From assembly GCA_019084025.1 (NCBI GenBank), contig JAHRBI010000001.1:520663-584662 (forward strand): a DNA stretch of 64,000 nt, in the 5' to 3' direction. How positions within the stretch are numbered: the first letter of the stretch is position 1; every line of letters begins with the position of its first letter. A program made the translations under genes and the position numbers. The DNA comes from Burkholderiaceae bacterium DAT-1 (GTDB lineage Bacteria; Pseudomonadota; Gammaproteobacteria; Burkholderiales; Chitinimonadaceae). Shown piece after piece: positions 1-10,072 of the stretch. The notes under the pieces are model-generated. The model was not told where the DNA came from and did not search any database. It saw only the letters and a program-made list of their open reading frames with translations.

Positions 1-355
1 TTCAGGCGGATATCAGGGTACTCAGCCATAAAGCTGGCCCAATACCTTTTAAAGGGTCCATTGGCCAAATTGACGGGCGCAAGCACACATATTTCACCTG
101 CAAGGGCATTCAGATTCCCCTCCAGATCACCTGCCACCTGCTCCAGACGCGTCACCAGATCCCGGCAGGCTTCGTAGTATTGCCTGCCAGCCTGAGTAGG
201 CACCAGTCGACGCGCACTCCGATGTAGCAATTGGGTCTGCAGGCGAACTTCCAGCGCCTGAAGCCTGCGCGTCACGGTCGCGGAGGGTATGTCCAGTTTA
301 ACGGCGGCCGCACGTAGGCTGCCTGCATCCACAATATGTACGAATAGCGCCAGAT
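1..355 (-). CDS. LysR-family transcriptional regulator, N-terminal HTH part; gene continues past the window edge
   Basis: Reverse translation from the ATG at 355 gives MLDDLALFVHIVDAGSLRAAAVKLDIPSATVTRRLQALE..., a typical LysR HTH N-terminus. There is no stop before position 1. Confidence 0.8.
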
Positions 356-459
356 CATCCAGCATGATTTCATTTATGGAATTTGAGATTGATTTGTTCA
401 GTGTATTTCCAATCTAGTCAGATGACTAGACTGGCAGCACTCATTTAACGGAGATCATC

Positions 460-711
460 ATGCCTAGTCCGATCAGCCCCCGTTTACTGTTTTCCGCGCT
501 TATGTCCCTGCAGATGTCGCTGCTGATGACCTGCTGGATCACACTGATCAATCTCGGCTTTTCCGATCAGTTTTTTTCGCGCTGGATGCACGCATTCACG
601 CTGGCCTGGCCCGCAGCCTTTTTTATCGTGCTACTCACGGCACCAGCAGTACAACGACTCACCCAGCGACTGCTCGACGCCGTCCGATCACTCAAAGGAG
701 TACGCGCATGA
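460..711 (+). CDS. DUF2798-family small membrane protein
   Basis: 83 aa with two hydrophobic helices and motifs such as LINLGFSDQFFSRWMHAF. It has an ATGA overlap with the next gene and sits next to a divergent LysR gene, the usual context for this family. Confidence 0.6.
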   Translation: MPSPISPRLLFSALMSLQMSLLMTCWITLINLGFSDQFFSRWMHAFTLAWPAAFFIVLLTAPAVQRLTQRLLDAVRSLKGVRA

Positions 712-1139
712 CGCCTGCACGCTTGCCCTACGCGGATCTTGCCCCCGCCATTTTCAGAGGATTGAAACAGGCGAAAACAGCGCTGGCCGAGGGCGTACTG
801 CCGACTTCGCTATTAGAACTTGTGTATCTGCGCGTATCCCAGATGAATGGCTGTGAATTTTGCATGAGGATGCACAGCGAGGCGGCTCGCCGAGCAGGTA
901 TATCCCAATCCAAGCTGGATGTACTACCCGGCTGGCAGATTAGCAGCCACTTTGATGCACGAGAGCATGCTGCGCTTGCCTGGTGCGAATCAGTCACTCA
1001 TCTGGCGGTTATCCATGTACCGGATTGCGATTACCTGCCGCTGCGTGAACTGTTTAGTGATCAGGAAATCGCCGAGCTGACACTGGCCATCGCCACCATG
1101 AACGCTCTGAATCGCGTCGCCGTTGCCATGCGTCAATAA
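708..1139 (+). CDS. carboxymuconolactone decarboxylase (AhpD-like) family protein
   Basis: 143 aa with a CxxC-type motif (NGCEFCMRMH), typical of AhpD/CMD-fold proteins. Confidence 0.7.
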   Translation: MTPARLPYADLAPAIFRGLKQAKTALAEGVLPTSLLELVYLRVSQMNGCEFCMRMHSEAARRAGISQSKLDVLPGWQISSHFDAREHAALAWCESVTHLAVIHVPDCDYLPLRELFSDQEIAELTLAIATMNALNRVAVAMRQ

Positions 1140-1219
1140 TTTCGCCCACTCTCAGGCAGCGCCCGCCGCCAGTTTTGCTACACTAGCGGCCTATACCAGA
1201 TTACTTCAGGGGCGCTGCC

Positions 1220-1486
1220 ATGTTGTCGCACAAATTGCTTGATGAAATGCACCAGAAATTCTCCGAGGCACTGGCTGCCAGCCCGGCCAAGGACATCGAG
1301 AAGAACGCCAAGGCCGCGCTGTCTGCCGCCTTGTCCAAGCTTGATTTGGTCACCCGTGAAGAGTTCGACATTCAGTCTGCTGTGCTTGCCAAAACCCGCG
1401 AAAAGCTCGCCGATCTGGAAGCGCGTATTGCCAAGCTGGAAGCGGCGGCAACAGCCAAGGCAAGTGATCCGCAGGACGGCATCTGA
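1220..1486 (+). CDS. ubiK: ubiquinone biosynthesis accessory factor UbiK (YqiC/BMFP family)
   Basis: 88-aa coiled-coil protein. The N-terminus MLSHKLLDEMHQKFSEAL and a C-terminal heptad-rich helix match the YqiC family. Confidence 0.7.
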   Translation: MLSHKLLDEMHQKFSEALAASPAKDIEKNAKAALSAALSKLDLVTREEFDIQSAVLAKTREKLADLEARIAKLEAAATAKASDPQDGI

Positions 1487-1523
1487 TCTTACGTAAAATT
1501 TGAAACGTGAAATGTGAAATGTA

Positions 1524-1552
1524 GGGGCAGCCAAAGCTGCCCCTTGTTGTTC
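1524..1552. terminator. bidirectional rho-independent terminator between ubiK (+) and rng (-)
   Basis: GGGGCAGC-CAAA-GCTGCCCC hairpin followed by TTGTTGTTC. It lies between convergent genes. Confidence 0.6.
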
Positions 1553-1579
1553 ATGCTGGCTGAGCTTGTCGAAGCCCGC

Positions 1580-3037
1580 CTACATCAAGATCACATCAAA
1601 CTGTTCCTGGGTATAAGCCGACTCGACCTGCAGCGAGATCGGTTTGCCGATGAAATCGGCGAGCATGGCCAGATTGGCGGATTCTTCGTCGAGGAACATG
1701 TCGATCACGGTCTGCGCGCCGAGGATGCGGTATTCACGCGCATTGAACTGGCGAGCTTCGCGCAGGATTTCGCGCAGAATTTCGTAGCATACCGTCTGCG
1801 CGGTCTTGATCTCTCCACGTCCAGTACACACCGGGCATGGCTCGCACAGGATATGCGCCAGGCTCTCGCGGGTGCGCTTGCGGGTAATCTCCACCAGACC
1901 GAGGCTGGTAAAGCCGGAGACGGTGATCTTGGTACGATCCTTGTCCAGCGCTTTCTGTAGCTCCTGCATCACCTGATCACGGTGCTCGGCGTTATCCATG
2001 TCGATAAAATCGACAATGATGATGCCGCCCAGATTGCGCAAACGCAGTTGCCGCGCGATCACTTGAGTTGCTTCGAGATTGGTCTTGAATATCGTATCGT
2101 CGAAGGAGCGCGTGCCGACAAAGCCGCCGGTATTCACGTCGATGGTGGTCATGGCTTCGGTCTGGTCGATGATCAGATAGCCGCCAAACTTCAGATTCAC
2201 CCGCCGCGCCAGCGCACGTTCGATTTCGGCCTCCACGCCGTGCATTTCGAACAGCGGTCGCTCGCCCTGATAGTGCTCAAGCTTGGGCGCTACCTGATGC
2301 ACAAACTGGCTGGCAAACTCGACCATCTTCTGGTAAGTCTCGCGCGAGTCGACAATCACTTTTTCCGAATCATCCGTTACCACATCGCGCAGCACCCGCT
2401 GAGCCAGACTCAAATCCTGATACAGCAAGGTTTTGGGCGGCAGGGTACGTGACTTTTGCTTGATATCGGCCCAGATCAGATTCAGATATTCGATATCGGC
2501 GTGCAATTCGTCATCGGTGGCATGCTCGGCAGAGGTACGGATGATATAACCGCCATGATCGCGCCCTTCGGGCAGCATCTTCATCAGGCGCTCGCGCAGA
2601 TGCTCGCGGCCTTCGCCTTGTTCGATGCGCTGCGACACCCCGATATGATGTTCCTGAGGCAGATAGACCAGAAAACGGCCGGCAATGCTCACCTGCGTGG
2701 ACAGGCGCGCACCCTTGGAGCCAATCGGGTCCTTGATTACCTGCACCAGCACGCACTGGCCCTCGAACATCAGTCGTTCGATGCGCTGCGGTTCACCCGG
2801 ATGCTGGCGTTGCTCGATCACGTCGGCGATATGCAGGAAGGCCGCGCGCTCCAGCCCGATCTCGATAAAGGCAGACTGCATGCCCGGCAGGACACGCTTC
2901 ACCACCCCGAGATAGATGTCTCCGACAATTCCGCGACTCGCACTGCGCTCGACATGGATCTCCTGGACCACCCCCTCCTCGATCAGCGCCACGCGCGTCT
3001 CCTGGGGAGTGATATTGATCAGAATGTGTTCTTTCAT
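1580..3037 (-). CDS. rng: ribonuclease G
   Basis: 485 aa. The N-terminal S1 domain is close to E. coli Rng (ITPQETRVALIEEGVVQEIHVERSASRGIVGDIYLGVVKRVLPGMQSAFIEIGL...). Confidence 0.85.
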   Translation of the reverse strand: MKEHILINITPQETRVALIEEGVVQEIHVERSASRGIVGDIYLGVVKRVLPGMQSAFIEIGLERAAFLHIADVIEQRQHPGEPQRIERLMFEGQCVLVQVIKDPIGSKGARLSTQVSIAGRFLVYLPQEHHIGVSQRIEQGEGREHLRERLMKMLPEGRDHGGYIIRTSAEHATDDELHADIEYLNLIWADIKQKSRTLPPKTLLYQDLSLAQRVLRDVVTDDSEKVIVDSRETYQKMVEFASQFVHQVAPKLEHYQGERPLFEMHGVEAEIERALARRVNLKFGGYLIIDQTEAMTTIDVNTGGFVGTRSFDDTIFKTNLEATQVIARQLRLRNLGGIIIVDFIDMDNAEHRDQVMQELQKALDKDRTKITVSGFTSLGLVEITRKRTRESLAHILCEPCPVCTGRGEIKTAQTVCYEILREILREARQFNAREYRILGAQTVIDMFLDEESANLAMLADFIGKPISLQVESAYTQEQFDVILM

Positions 3038-3184
3038 GATGCACGGCCGAAATGTTCAGCCGCAACCGGCACAGGGTACCGGCTGGGGTTGGACATCTCA
3101 CCGACTGGACATTACCACCGCCCGTGCCGCCTGTCAGCCGAAATACGTTGCCCCGCCACGCCGCCGCGTGCCGGGAGGGGGCGG

Positions 3185-3550
3185 TTAAAGCGTATAGGGA
3201 AGCCTCACCCCTGGCTCATCCTGCTTCATGTCTTTGACATTGCGGGTCACCAGTAACCGATGATGCACTTGCGCCGTTGCCCAGATGATGGCATCCGGCA
3301 ATTTGATCCGCTTGGTCTGCCGAATGTACACAGCTCGCTCTGCTACCGCATCTTCAATCGGCAAGTGAGAGAAGCCCGCCAGAAAGGCCTTGGTGCCTGC
3401 GGCGTTCACCTCATTTGTTCCCGCCATGACTTCCATCCAGCTGATGATGCTGATCGCCTTGTCGCTATATAACGCGAGTTCAGCTCGTGCCGCCTCCACC
3501 CCATTCAGATAGTCGATCAGGATATTGGTATCAAAGAGTGCGCTTACCAT
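3185..3550 (-). CDS. vapC: type II toxin VapC (PIN-domain ribonuclease)
   Basis: 121 aa. The N-terminus MVSALFDTNILIDYL carries the PIN acidic residues. It overlaps the upstream antitoxin stop. Confidence 0.8.
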   Translation of the reverse strand: MVSALFDTNILIDYLNGVEAARAELALYSDKAISIISWMEVMAGTNEVNAAGTKAFLAGFSHLPIEDAVAERAVYIRQTKRIKLPDAIIWATAQVHHRLLVTRNVKDMKQDEPGVRLPYTL

Positions 3551-3795
3551 TCGCTACGCGCCTGTTCCTGATAAGCCAAGCCATCTACCGCAGTCGTCTT
3601 CCAAAGACCAAACGCACCGGTTTCATCGATTTGATGTGATTCAATATAGGCAGTCAGCGCCTCACGAATGATTTGCGCACGAGGCTGCTTGCGCAATTGC
3701 GCAAGCCGGTTCAACGACTCAAGCTGAGGTTCAGTGATATCGACAAGGGTTCGCATGATGTGCACCTGATAACTGATATACACATCATATATCAA
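3544..3795 (-). CDS. vapB: VapB-type antitoxin (ribbon-helix-helix/CopG-like)
   Basis: A small protein immediately upstream of vapC and overlapping it. The likely true start is the internal Met at 3756 (MRTLVDITEPQLESLNRLA...), which would give about 70 aa. Confidence 0.6.
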   Translation of the reverse strand: MIYDVYISYQVHIMRTLVDITEPQLESLNRLAQLRKQPRAQIIREALTAYIESHQIDETGAFGLWKTTAVDGLAYQEQARSEW

Positions 3796-4800
3796 CTACC
3801 CCACCACCCGCATCCCTAATTTCAGCAGCTCTTCCCAGGGCTCACCTTGCGCAACACCTTTGATCATGCGATCGATTTTGGCTGCATGTGCCAGTGCAGC
3901 CTTCAACTGGCTGGACTTGAGCCGGTCCAGTGCGCGTGGATAGAGCTTCTGGCGCTCGCCCCATACACGGCTTTCGCGGAACAGATTCTGCAGATTGCCC
4001 CCCTGCGCGCGTCCCAACCCGACGCGCAAGAGACCACGGATTTCATCGGCCATGGCCCAGAGGACCAGATTGGCGGCCTCGCCCTCTGCTTCCAGTCCGT
4101 GCAGCATGCGAGCGAATCGGGCGGCATCACCAATCAACATGGCTTCGCCCAGACCCCACACATCGTAACGTGCGACATTGGCGACTTCGGCGCGCAGCGC
4201 CTCCAGCGTAATTTCGCCTTCGCCATGTAGAAGCGCCAGCTTGTCGATTTCCTGTCGAGCGGCCAGCAGATTACCTTCCACACGCGCCACCAGAAAGTCC
4301 ATGGCCTCGTGCGACAGCGATTGCTTCTGCCGCCCCAATCGCTCGCTGATCCAGCCCGGCAGCTCATTGCGGGTAATACTGGCACAGGCAATCACGCAGC
4401 CTTTTTCCGCGAGCGCAGTAAACCATTTGGATTGCAGTTGCAGTTTTTCCAGTTTGGGCAACTGCACCATCAATACATTTTCGGCAGGCGCGGTTGCAGC
4501 GTAAGACTGCATCGCCTCGCCGCCCTCGCCGCCCGGCTTGCCTGTCGGAATCCGCAGCTCGATCAGCTTTTGTTCCGCGAACAGCGACACTTCGTTTGCC
4601 GCCATCGCCAGATCGCGCCAGCTGAAACCGGGCTCGACCGTCATCACCTGACGCTCGCTGAAGCCTGACTGTCGTGCCGCATCACGAATGGCTTGCGCCG
4701 CTTCCAGCGCCAACAGCGCTTCTTCGCCATGAATGACATAGACGGGGGCTAGCGAGCCTGAAGCCAGATGACGTGCCAAATCGGCCGGACGGATATTCAT
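3796..4800 (-). CDS. holA: DNA polymerase III subunit delta
   Basis: 334 aa. It follows lptE with a 6-nt gap, as in the conserved leuS-lptE-holA order. Confidence 0.85.
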   Translation of the reverse strand: MNIRPADLARHLASGSLAPVYVIHGEEALLALEAAQAIRDAARQSGFSERQVMTVEPGFSWRDLAMAANEVSLFAEQKLIELRIPTGKPGGEGGEAMQSYAATAPAENVLMVQLPKLEKLQLQSKWFTALAEKGCVIACASITRNELPGWISERLGRQKQSLSHEAMDFLVARVEGNLLAARQEIDKLALLHGEGEITLEALRAEVANVARYDVWGLGEAMLIGDAARFARMLHGLEAEGEAANLVLWAMADEIRGLLRVGLGRAQGGNLQNLFRESRVWGERQKLYPRALDRLKSSQLKAALAHAAKIDRMIKGVAQGEPWEELLKLGMRVVG

Positions 4801-4806
4801 GAGCGC

Positions 4807-5373
4807 TTATTTGCTTTCCTGAGTGGAAGGCGCGCCTGAATCTGGCACGGGTAATACCGGAATGTCCGTACGACCGGCACTTGGGCGTACCACCGCAATC
4901 CGGCGGGCGATTTGCTGCGCCATATCCGCGCGCATATCTGCAATCAGCCGTTGCTCTTCCGACTCTTTACCCAGCACGGCATTGGCATTGAACGATAAAG
5001 TACGGCGCAATTGCAGCGATGTCGGCGAAATCACTTCTTCATCGCCGATTCTCAGGGTATAGCGCGCCTGATACAGCACCAGATACTGCGTCACCTGACC
5101 TGACCCATTCACGGTAAACAGCTGCTTCTCGCTATTTTCCTGATCGATAGACAGCACCGCATCCGCGCCCTGCCCCACGTTTTGCAGCTTCAGCTCCTTG
5201 CGCAACGCCAGTTGCTGGCGCAGTACTTCGCCCAAGGGACCGGGCGAGGCAATGTACAAACGCTGGAACGCAAATGGCTGGCTATCGCCATACCCGCGCA
5301 AATGAAAGCCGCAGCCCGCCAGCATCATGGCTCCAAGAGCCGTACATAGCCATTTTTTCATCGCCATCTTCAT
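4807..5373 (-). CDS. lptE: LPS-assembly lipoprotein LptE
   Basis: 188 aa with a lipobox (LAGCG). Its position between leuS and holA is the conserved one. Confidence 0.8.
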   Translation of the reverse strand: MKMAMKKWLCTALGAMMLAGCGFHLRGYGDSQPFAFQRLYIASPGPLGEVLRQQLALRKELKLQNVGQGADAVLSIDQENSEKQLFTVNGSGQVTQYLVLYQARYTLRIGDEEVISPTSLQLRRTLSFNANAVLGKESEEQRLIADMRADMAQQIARRIAVVRPSAGRTDIPVLPVPDSGAPSTQESK

Positions 5374-5417
5374 TCAAAAATCGGTAAAACGCATAAAGCG
5401 GATGCCTGAAACAAAAC

Positions 5418-5437
5418 GGGGTGGCGTTCACCACCCC
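5418..5437 (-). terminator. hairpin (attenuator/terminator) between leuS and lptE
   Basis: GGGGTGG-CGTTCA-CCACCCC. On the minus strand it is followed by GTTTTGTTTC. Confidence 0.4.
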
Positions 5438-5445
5438 GCAGGCAC

Positions 5446-8061
5446 TTAGACCACCAGATTGACCAGACGACCCGGCACGACGATCACCTTCTTCGGCTCG
5501 GCACCTTCAAGGAACTTCTGCACATTCGGGTTGGCGCGGGCCAGTGCTTCGATCTCGTCCTTGCCAGCGCCGCTCGGCACACTGATTTCACCACGCAGCT
5601 TGCCGTTCACCTGCACCATCAGGGTCACTTCGTCCTGCACCAGTGCAGCGGCCAATGGCTCTGGCCAGGCGGCATCGATCAGCTCGCCTGCCATACCCAG
5701 CTCGCGCCAGATTTCATTGGCAATATGCGGTGCCACCGGATAGATCGCACGCAGCAGCACACTCAGGCTTTCGCGCAGCAATGCCGCGTTGTCGCCCTTA
5801 TAGCCTTCCAGCGCGTTCAGCAGCTTCATACAGCCCGACACCACGGTGTTGTACTGCAGACGCTCATAGTCAGCATTGATCTGTTTGAGCGTGCTGTGGA
5901 CTTCAAAGCGCAATGCCTTGTCATCCTTGCTCAACTCGACCACTTCGCCGGCGGCGCGGATCACATCAGCCCGCTTGAAGGCAAAGGACCACAAGCGGCG
6001 CAGATAACGGGAAGCGCCTTCGACGCCACCATCACTCCAGGCGGCACTTTGCTCGGGTGGACCGGCAAACATGGTAAACAGACGGGCCGTATCGGCGCCA
6101 AAGCGGCTGATGATGTCCTTCGGTTCCACCACATTGTTCTTGGACTTGGACATCTTCTCAATGCCGCCCATGATTACTGGCTGTCCATCAGACTTAAGGG
6201 TGGCTGCAATCGCCCGACCCTTGTCATCAAGCTCAACTTCAACCTCATTCGGGTAATACCAAATTTTCTTCTGTCCGGAAGGATCAGTTGGATCTTTTCG
6301 GTAGAACGAGTCGTTCAGCAGCATGCCTTGCGTAAACAGATTCTTGAACGGCTCGCCAAAGCTGACCAGGCCGATGTCGCGCATGGCCTTGGTCCAGAAA
6401 CGGGCGTACAAGAGATGCAGCACGGCGTGTTCGATCCCGCCGATGTACTGATCCATGGCCATCCAGTATTTGGTGCCTTCGCCCACCATTGCATCCGCAT
6501 TCTTCGGATCGCAATAGCGCATGAAGTACCAGCTGGAATCCACGAAGGTGTCCATGGTGTCGGTTTCGCGCTTGGCGGGCTTGCCGCACTTGGGGCAATC
6601 GACATTCAGGAAGTCTTCGCGATGCTTGAGCGGATTGCCCGAGCCATCGGGGATGCAATCGGTCGGCAAGACTACCGGCAGGTCTTCATACGGCACCGGC
6701 ACATCGCCACAGCAATCGCAATGGATGATCGGGATCGGCGTACCCCAGTAGCGCTGACGGGAAATGCCCCAGTCGCGCAGACGCCAGGTCGTCTTTTTCT
6801 CGCCGATCGACTTACCTGCCAGATCAGCAGCCACGGCATCCACGGCATCCTTGTAGGCCAGACCATCGTATTTGCCGGAATTCACCGTCACGCCACGGGT
6901 CTTGTCACCGTACCATTCGGCCCACGCATCGGTGCTGAAGGACTCGCCTTCCACAGCGACAACCTGCTTGATCGCAATGCCGTACTTGTTGGCGAAGGCA
7001 AAATCGCGCTCGTCATGTGCCGGCACGCCCATCACGGCACCATCGCCGTAGCTCATCAGCACATAGTTGCCAATCCACACTTCGACCTGTTCGCCAGTCA
7101 GCGGATGGGTCACGAACAGGCCGGTGGCCACGCCCTTCTTGTCCTGAGTGGCGATTTCGGCTTCTGTGGTACCGCCCAGCTTGCATTCTTCGATAAATGC
7201 AGTCAGGGCGGGATTCAGTTCGGCGGCGCGCACAGCCAGCGGGTGCTCGGCAGCCACGGCGCAGAAGGTCACGCCCATGATGGTGTCGGCACGTGTGGTG
7301 AACACCCACAGCTGGCCGTCGTTGATCAGGCTGCCATCAGCGGCCTTGATCTCGTGGGCAAAAGCAAAACGCACACCTTCGCTCTTGCCGATCCAGTTGC
7401 GCTGCATCGCGCGCACCATGTCCGGCCAGCCTTCCAGCGTGTCGATATCGTTCAGCAACTCGTCGGCGTACTGGGTGATGCCGAAGTAGTAGCCCGGAAT
7501 CTCGCGCTTTTCGACGAGCGCACCCGAGCGCCAGCCACGGCCATCCACCACCTGCTCATTGGCCAGCACGGTCTGGTCGATCGGGTCCCAGTTCACGATC
7601 TGGGTTTTCTTGTAGGCCACGCCCTTTTCCAGCATCTTCAGGAAGAACCACTGGTTCCACTTGTAGTAATCCGGATCGCAGGTGGCGATTTCGCGCGACC
7701 AGTCGAATGCCAGACCCAGCGGCTTCATCTGCGACTTCATGTCTTCGATGTTGGCGTAAGTCCATTCGGCAGGCGACTTGTTGTAGGCGATCGCAGCATT
7801 CTCCGCAGGCAGACCGAAAGCATCCCAGCCCATCGGCATCAGGACGTTGTAGCCTTTCATGCGCAGATGGCGCGCCAGCATGTCGTTGATGGTGTAGTTA
7901 CGCACGTGGCCCATATGCAGCTTGCCGGACGGATACGGCAGCATCGAGCAGGCGTAATACTTGGGCTTCTGATTGTCTTCAACAACGGTGTAAGCGTTGC
8001 GTGCATCCCAGTGCTGCTGGGCCGACGCTTCGACTTCGGCTGGGCGATAGTGCTCTTGCAT
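5446..8061 (-). CDS. leuS: leucine--tRNA ligase
   Basis: HMGH and KMSKS motifs are present. The start was set at the internal Met ([20 protein letters not shown]...), matching bacterial LeuS N-termini. The listed 952-aa ORF over-extends the 5' end. Confidence 0.95.
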   Translation of the reverse strand: MQEHYRPAEVEASAQQHWDARNAYTVVEDNQKPKYYACSMLPYPSGKLHMGHVRNYTINDMLARHLRMKGYNVLMPMGWDAFGLPAENAAIAYNKSPAEWTYANIEDMKSQMKPLGLAFDWSREIATCDPDYYKWNQWFFLKMLEKGVAYKKTQIVNWDPIDQTVLANEQVVDGRGWRSGALVEKREIPGYYFGITQYADELLNDIDTLEGWPDMVRAMQRNWIGKSEGVRFAFAHEIKAADGSLINDGQLWVFTTRADTIMGVTFCAVAAEHPLAVRAAELNPALTAFIEECKLGGTTEAEIATQDKKGVATGLFVTHPLTGEQVEVWIGNYVLMSYGDGAVMGVPAHDERDFAFANKYGIAIKQVVAVEGESFSTDAWAEWYGDKTRGVTVNSGKYDGLAYKDAVDAVAADLAGKSIGEKKTTWRLRDWGISRQRYWGTPIPIIHCDCCGDVPVPYEDLPVVLPTDCIPDGSGNPLKHREDFLNVDCPKCGKPAKRETDTMDTFVDSSWYFMRYCDPKNADAMVGEGTKYWMAMDQYIGGIEHAVLHLLYARFWTKAMRDIGLVSFGEPFKNLFTQGMLLNDSFYRKDPTDPSGQKKIWYYPNEVEVELDDKGRAIAATLKSDGQPVIMGGIEKMSKSKNNVVEPKDIISRFGADTARLFTMFAGPPEQSAAWSDGGVEGASRYLRRLWSFAFKRADVIRAAGEVVELSKDDKALRFEVHSTLKQINADYERLQYNTVVSGCMKLLNALEGYKGDNAALLRESLSVLLRAIYPVAPHIANEIWRELGMAGELIDAAWPEPLAAALVQDEVTLMVQVNGKLRGEISVPSGAGKDEIEALARANPNVQKFLEGAEPKKVIVVPGRLVNLVV

Positions 8062-8322
8062 GATCTCAAAATCCTGAATGGAGGCGCAAATACGGGCCGG
8101 AACGCGCCGCAAAGGGTTGATTATAACCGAGTCCGGCGCTGCGTCATGATTGCCATTTGCGTGCTTTGGTATCAGGATTCGCCCCATTGCCACACTTTCC
8201 AAAGCACGGACGGTTTCCGACCAAGCAAAGCTGCGAAAACTAATACAATTTGACGCAACGCGACTCAGCCCCCCTTGGGGCCGCGCCAGCTCATCACACA
8301 GCACAAGAAAGCATCCCTACCC

Positions 8323-9609
8323 ATGCACATCAACAAACTCACCTTGCGCATCATCCTCGCCATGATTCTCGGCGTGGTGGTGGGCTATCTATGCAACCGC
8401 TTCTCGCCCACACCGGAAGTGGCCAAGCAGATCGCCGATTACATGCACATCCTCACCGATATCTTCCTGCGCCTGATCAAGATGATTATTGCGCCGCTGG
8501 TGTTTGCCACGCTGGTGTCCGGTCTGGCGCGCATGGGCGATGCCGAAACCATCAGCCGGATTGGCCTGAAGGCTTTGCTGTGGTTTCTCAGTGCGTCGTT
8601 CATTTCGCTGCTGCTGGGTCTCTTCTGGGCCAACCTGCTGCAACCGGGCGCCGAGCTCAATATTCCGCTGCCCGACACCAGTGCCCACACCGAACTGAAA
8701 ACAGCCGCACTCAATCTCAAGGATTTCATCACACACGTCTTCCCCAAGAGCATCGTCGAAGCCATGGCAGGCAATGAGATCCTGCAAATTCTGGTGTTCG
8801 CGACGTTCTTTGGTGTGGCCTTGAGCAAAATCCACAACGAAACAGCCCTGACGCTCGTGCACATCATGGATGAACTCACCCATGTGATGCTGAAAGTGAC
8901 CGACTACGTGATGCGCTTTGCGCCAGCAGGCGTATTTGCGGCGGTGGCATCGGCGATCGCAGTGCAGGGTCTTGGCATCCTGACCGTATTCGGAAAATAC
9001 ATGGCCAGCTTCTATCTGGCACTGAGTTCGCTGTGGATTATCCTGATTGCGGCGGGCTTTCTGGTACTGGGCAAGTCGGTTTTCAGTCTGCTGCTGGCCA
9101 TTCGCAGCCCGATGCTGCTGGGTTTTTCCACCGCATCCAGCGAATCGGCCTACCCCAAGCTGATGGAGCAACTGGGCGCCTTCGGCATCAAGCAGCGTCT
9201 CACCGGCTTTGTTTTGCCACTGGGCTATTCGTTTAATCTCGATGGCTCGATGATGTACACCACCTTCGCTGCCCTCTTTGTGGCGCAGGCATATCACATC
9301 GACCTGAGCCTCGGCCAGCAGATCGCCATGCTGCTGGTACTGATGGTGTCGAGCAAAGGCATCGCCGGTGTGCCGCGCGCCTCGCTGGTCGTGGTCGCCG
9401 CCGTGCTGCCGATGTTTGGTCTGCCGGAAGCGGGCTTGCTGCTGGTGATGGGCATCGACCACTTCCTCGACATGGGCCGCACTGTCACCAACGTGCTCGG
9501 CAATTCAATTGCGACAGCGGTGATTGCCAAATGGGAGGACGGGATTGGTGATCCGGTGGAAACCGAGCCGGAGGATGAGGATGCAGAGCCGGATGTGCCG
9601 GCGATTTGA
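8323..9609 (+). CDS. dicarboxylate/amino acid:cation symporter (DctA/GltP family)
   Basis: Multi-pass membrane protein with strong similarity to E. coli DctA (IKMIIAPLVFATLVSG, GYSFNLDGS motifs). Start assigned to the MHINKLTLR Met. Confidence 0.85.
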   Translation: MHINKLTLRIILAMILGVVVGYLCNRFSPTPEVAKQIADYMHILTDIFLRLIKMIIAPLVFATLVSGLARMGDAETISRIGLKALLWFLSASFISLLLGLFWANLLQPGAELNIPLPDTSAHTELKTAALNLKDFITHVFPKSIVEAMAGNEILQILVFATFFGVALSKIHNETALTLVHIMDELTHVMLKVTDYVMRFAPAGVFAAVASAIAVQGLGILTVFGKYMASFYLALSSLWIILIAAGFLVLGKSVFSLLLAIRSPMLLGFSTASSESAYPKLMEQLGAFGIKQRLTGFVLPLGYSFNLDGSMMYTTFAALFVAQAYHIDLSLGQQIAMLLVLMVSSKGIAGVPRASLVVVAAVLPMFGLPEAGLLLVMGIDHFLDMGRTVTNVLGNSIATAVIAKWEDGIGDPVETEPEDEDAEPDVPAI

Positions 9610-9621
9610 GTGAGTCAAACC

Positions 9622-9664
9622 TTGAGCAGATCCTTTGCATGATTGCCTTGCAGGATTTGCTCAA
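9622..9664. terminator. long imperfect hairpin (13-bp stem, 17-nt loop) at the islet boundary; possible terminator
   Basis: TTGAGCAGATCCT ... AGGATTTGCTCAA, immediately after the transporter stop. The GC content drops sharply downstream. Confidence 0.45.
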
Positions 9665-9739
9665 TCTTTCAATTGCATCGGATAAGACCCAACCTTAACA
9701 AGAGTAAGGACGCATATAGATTTCGATATACATCGAGTC

Positions 9740-10027
9740 TCATTTTAGAAATTTCAATTCACAAATTAGCCGAACAAACTGATCCGTATCCTGATCCACA
9801 TACTTGGAACGACAAAACGCCTCCGCCTGATTCGCCATAAACCAGTCGTCATGTGCGGTCCATTCGGGATCAAGGATTGATACCGGAAGATTGTGAATCA
9901 GTTCAGACAGCTCGCGACAGTATGCGCGTCGGCGATAGTAGGTCCATAGATTCCATGTGAACGCATTGCGTAACATGGGCAGCGCCAGCCGCAGGATGTC
10001 GCGGTAGATTTCCTGCTTGCGGCTCAT
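9740..10027 (-). CDS. hypothetical small basic Trp-rich protein (orphan)
   Basis: 95-aa ORF in a low-GC islet, divergent from the next gene with 45 bp between the starts. No recognisable family. Confidence 0.4.
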   Translation of the reverse strand: MSRKQEIYRDILRLALPMLRNAFTWNLWTYYRRRAYCRELSELIHNLPVSILDPEWTAHDDWFMANQAEAFCRSKYVDQDTDQFVRLICELKFLK

Positions 10028-10072
10028 TCTAAACCTCAGGTAAATTAAAAAGTAATTTCGGAGGGATCATAT

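Noticed and set aside
1505-1521. GTGAAAT-GTGAAAT tandem heptamer just before the ubiK/rng terminator
   Set aside because: Only two copies, in an intergenic 3' region. Most likely it is incidental.
5725-8253. 842-aa ORF on the + strand, antisense to leuS
   Set aside because: Open antisense frames are expected in about 60% GC DNA. Its composition is His/Arg/Gly-biased with no domain signatures, and the opposite strand encodes a full, well-conserved LeuS.
8389-9462. 357-aa ORF antisense to the DctA-like symporter
   Set aside because: Gln/His/Arg-rich low-complexity translation. It is a GC-rich antisense artefact opposite a clearly real membrane transporter.
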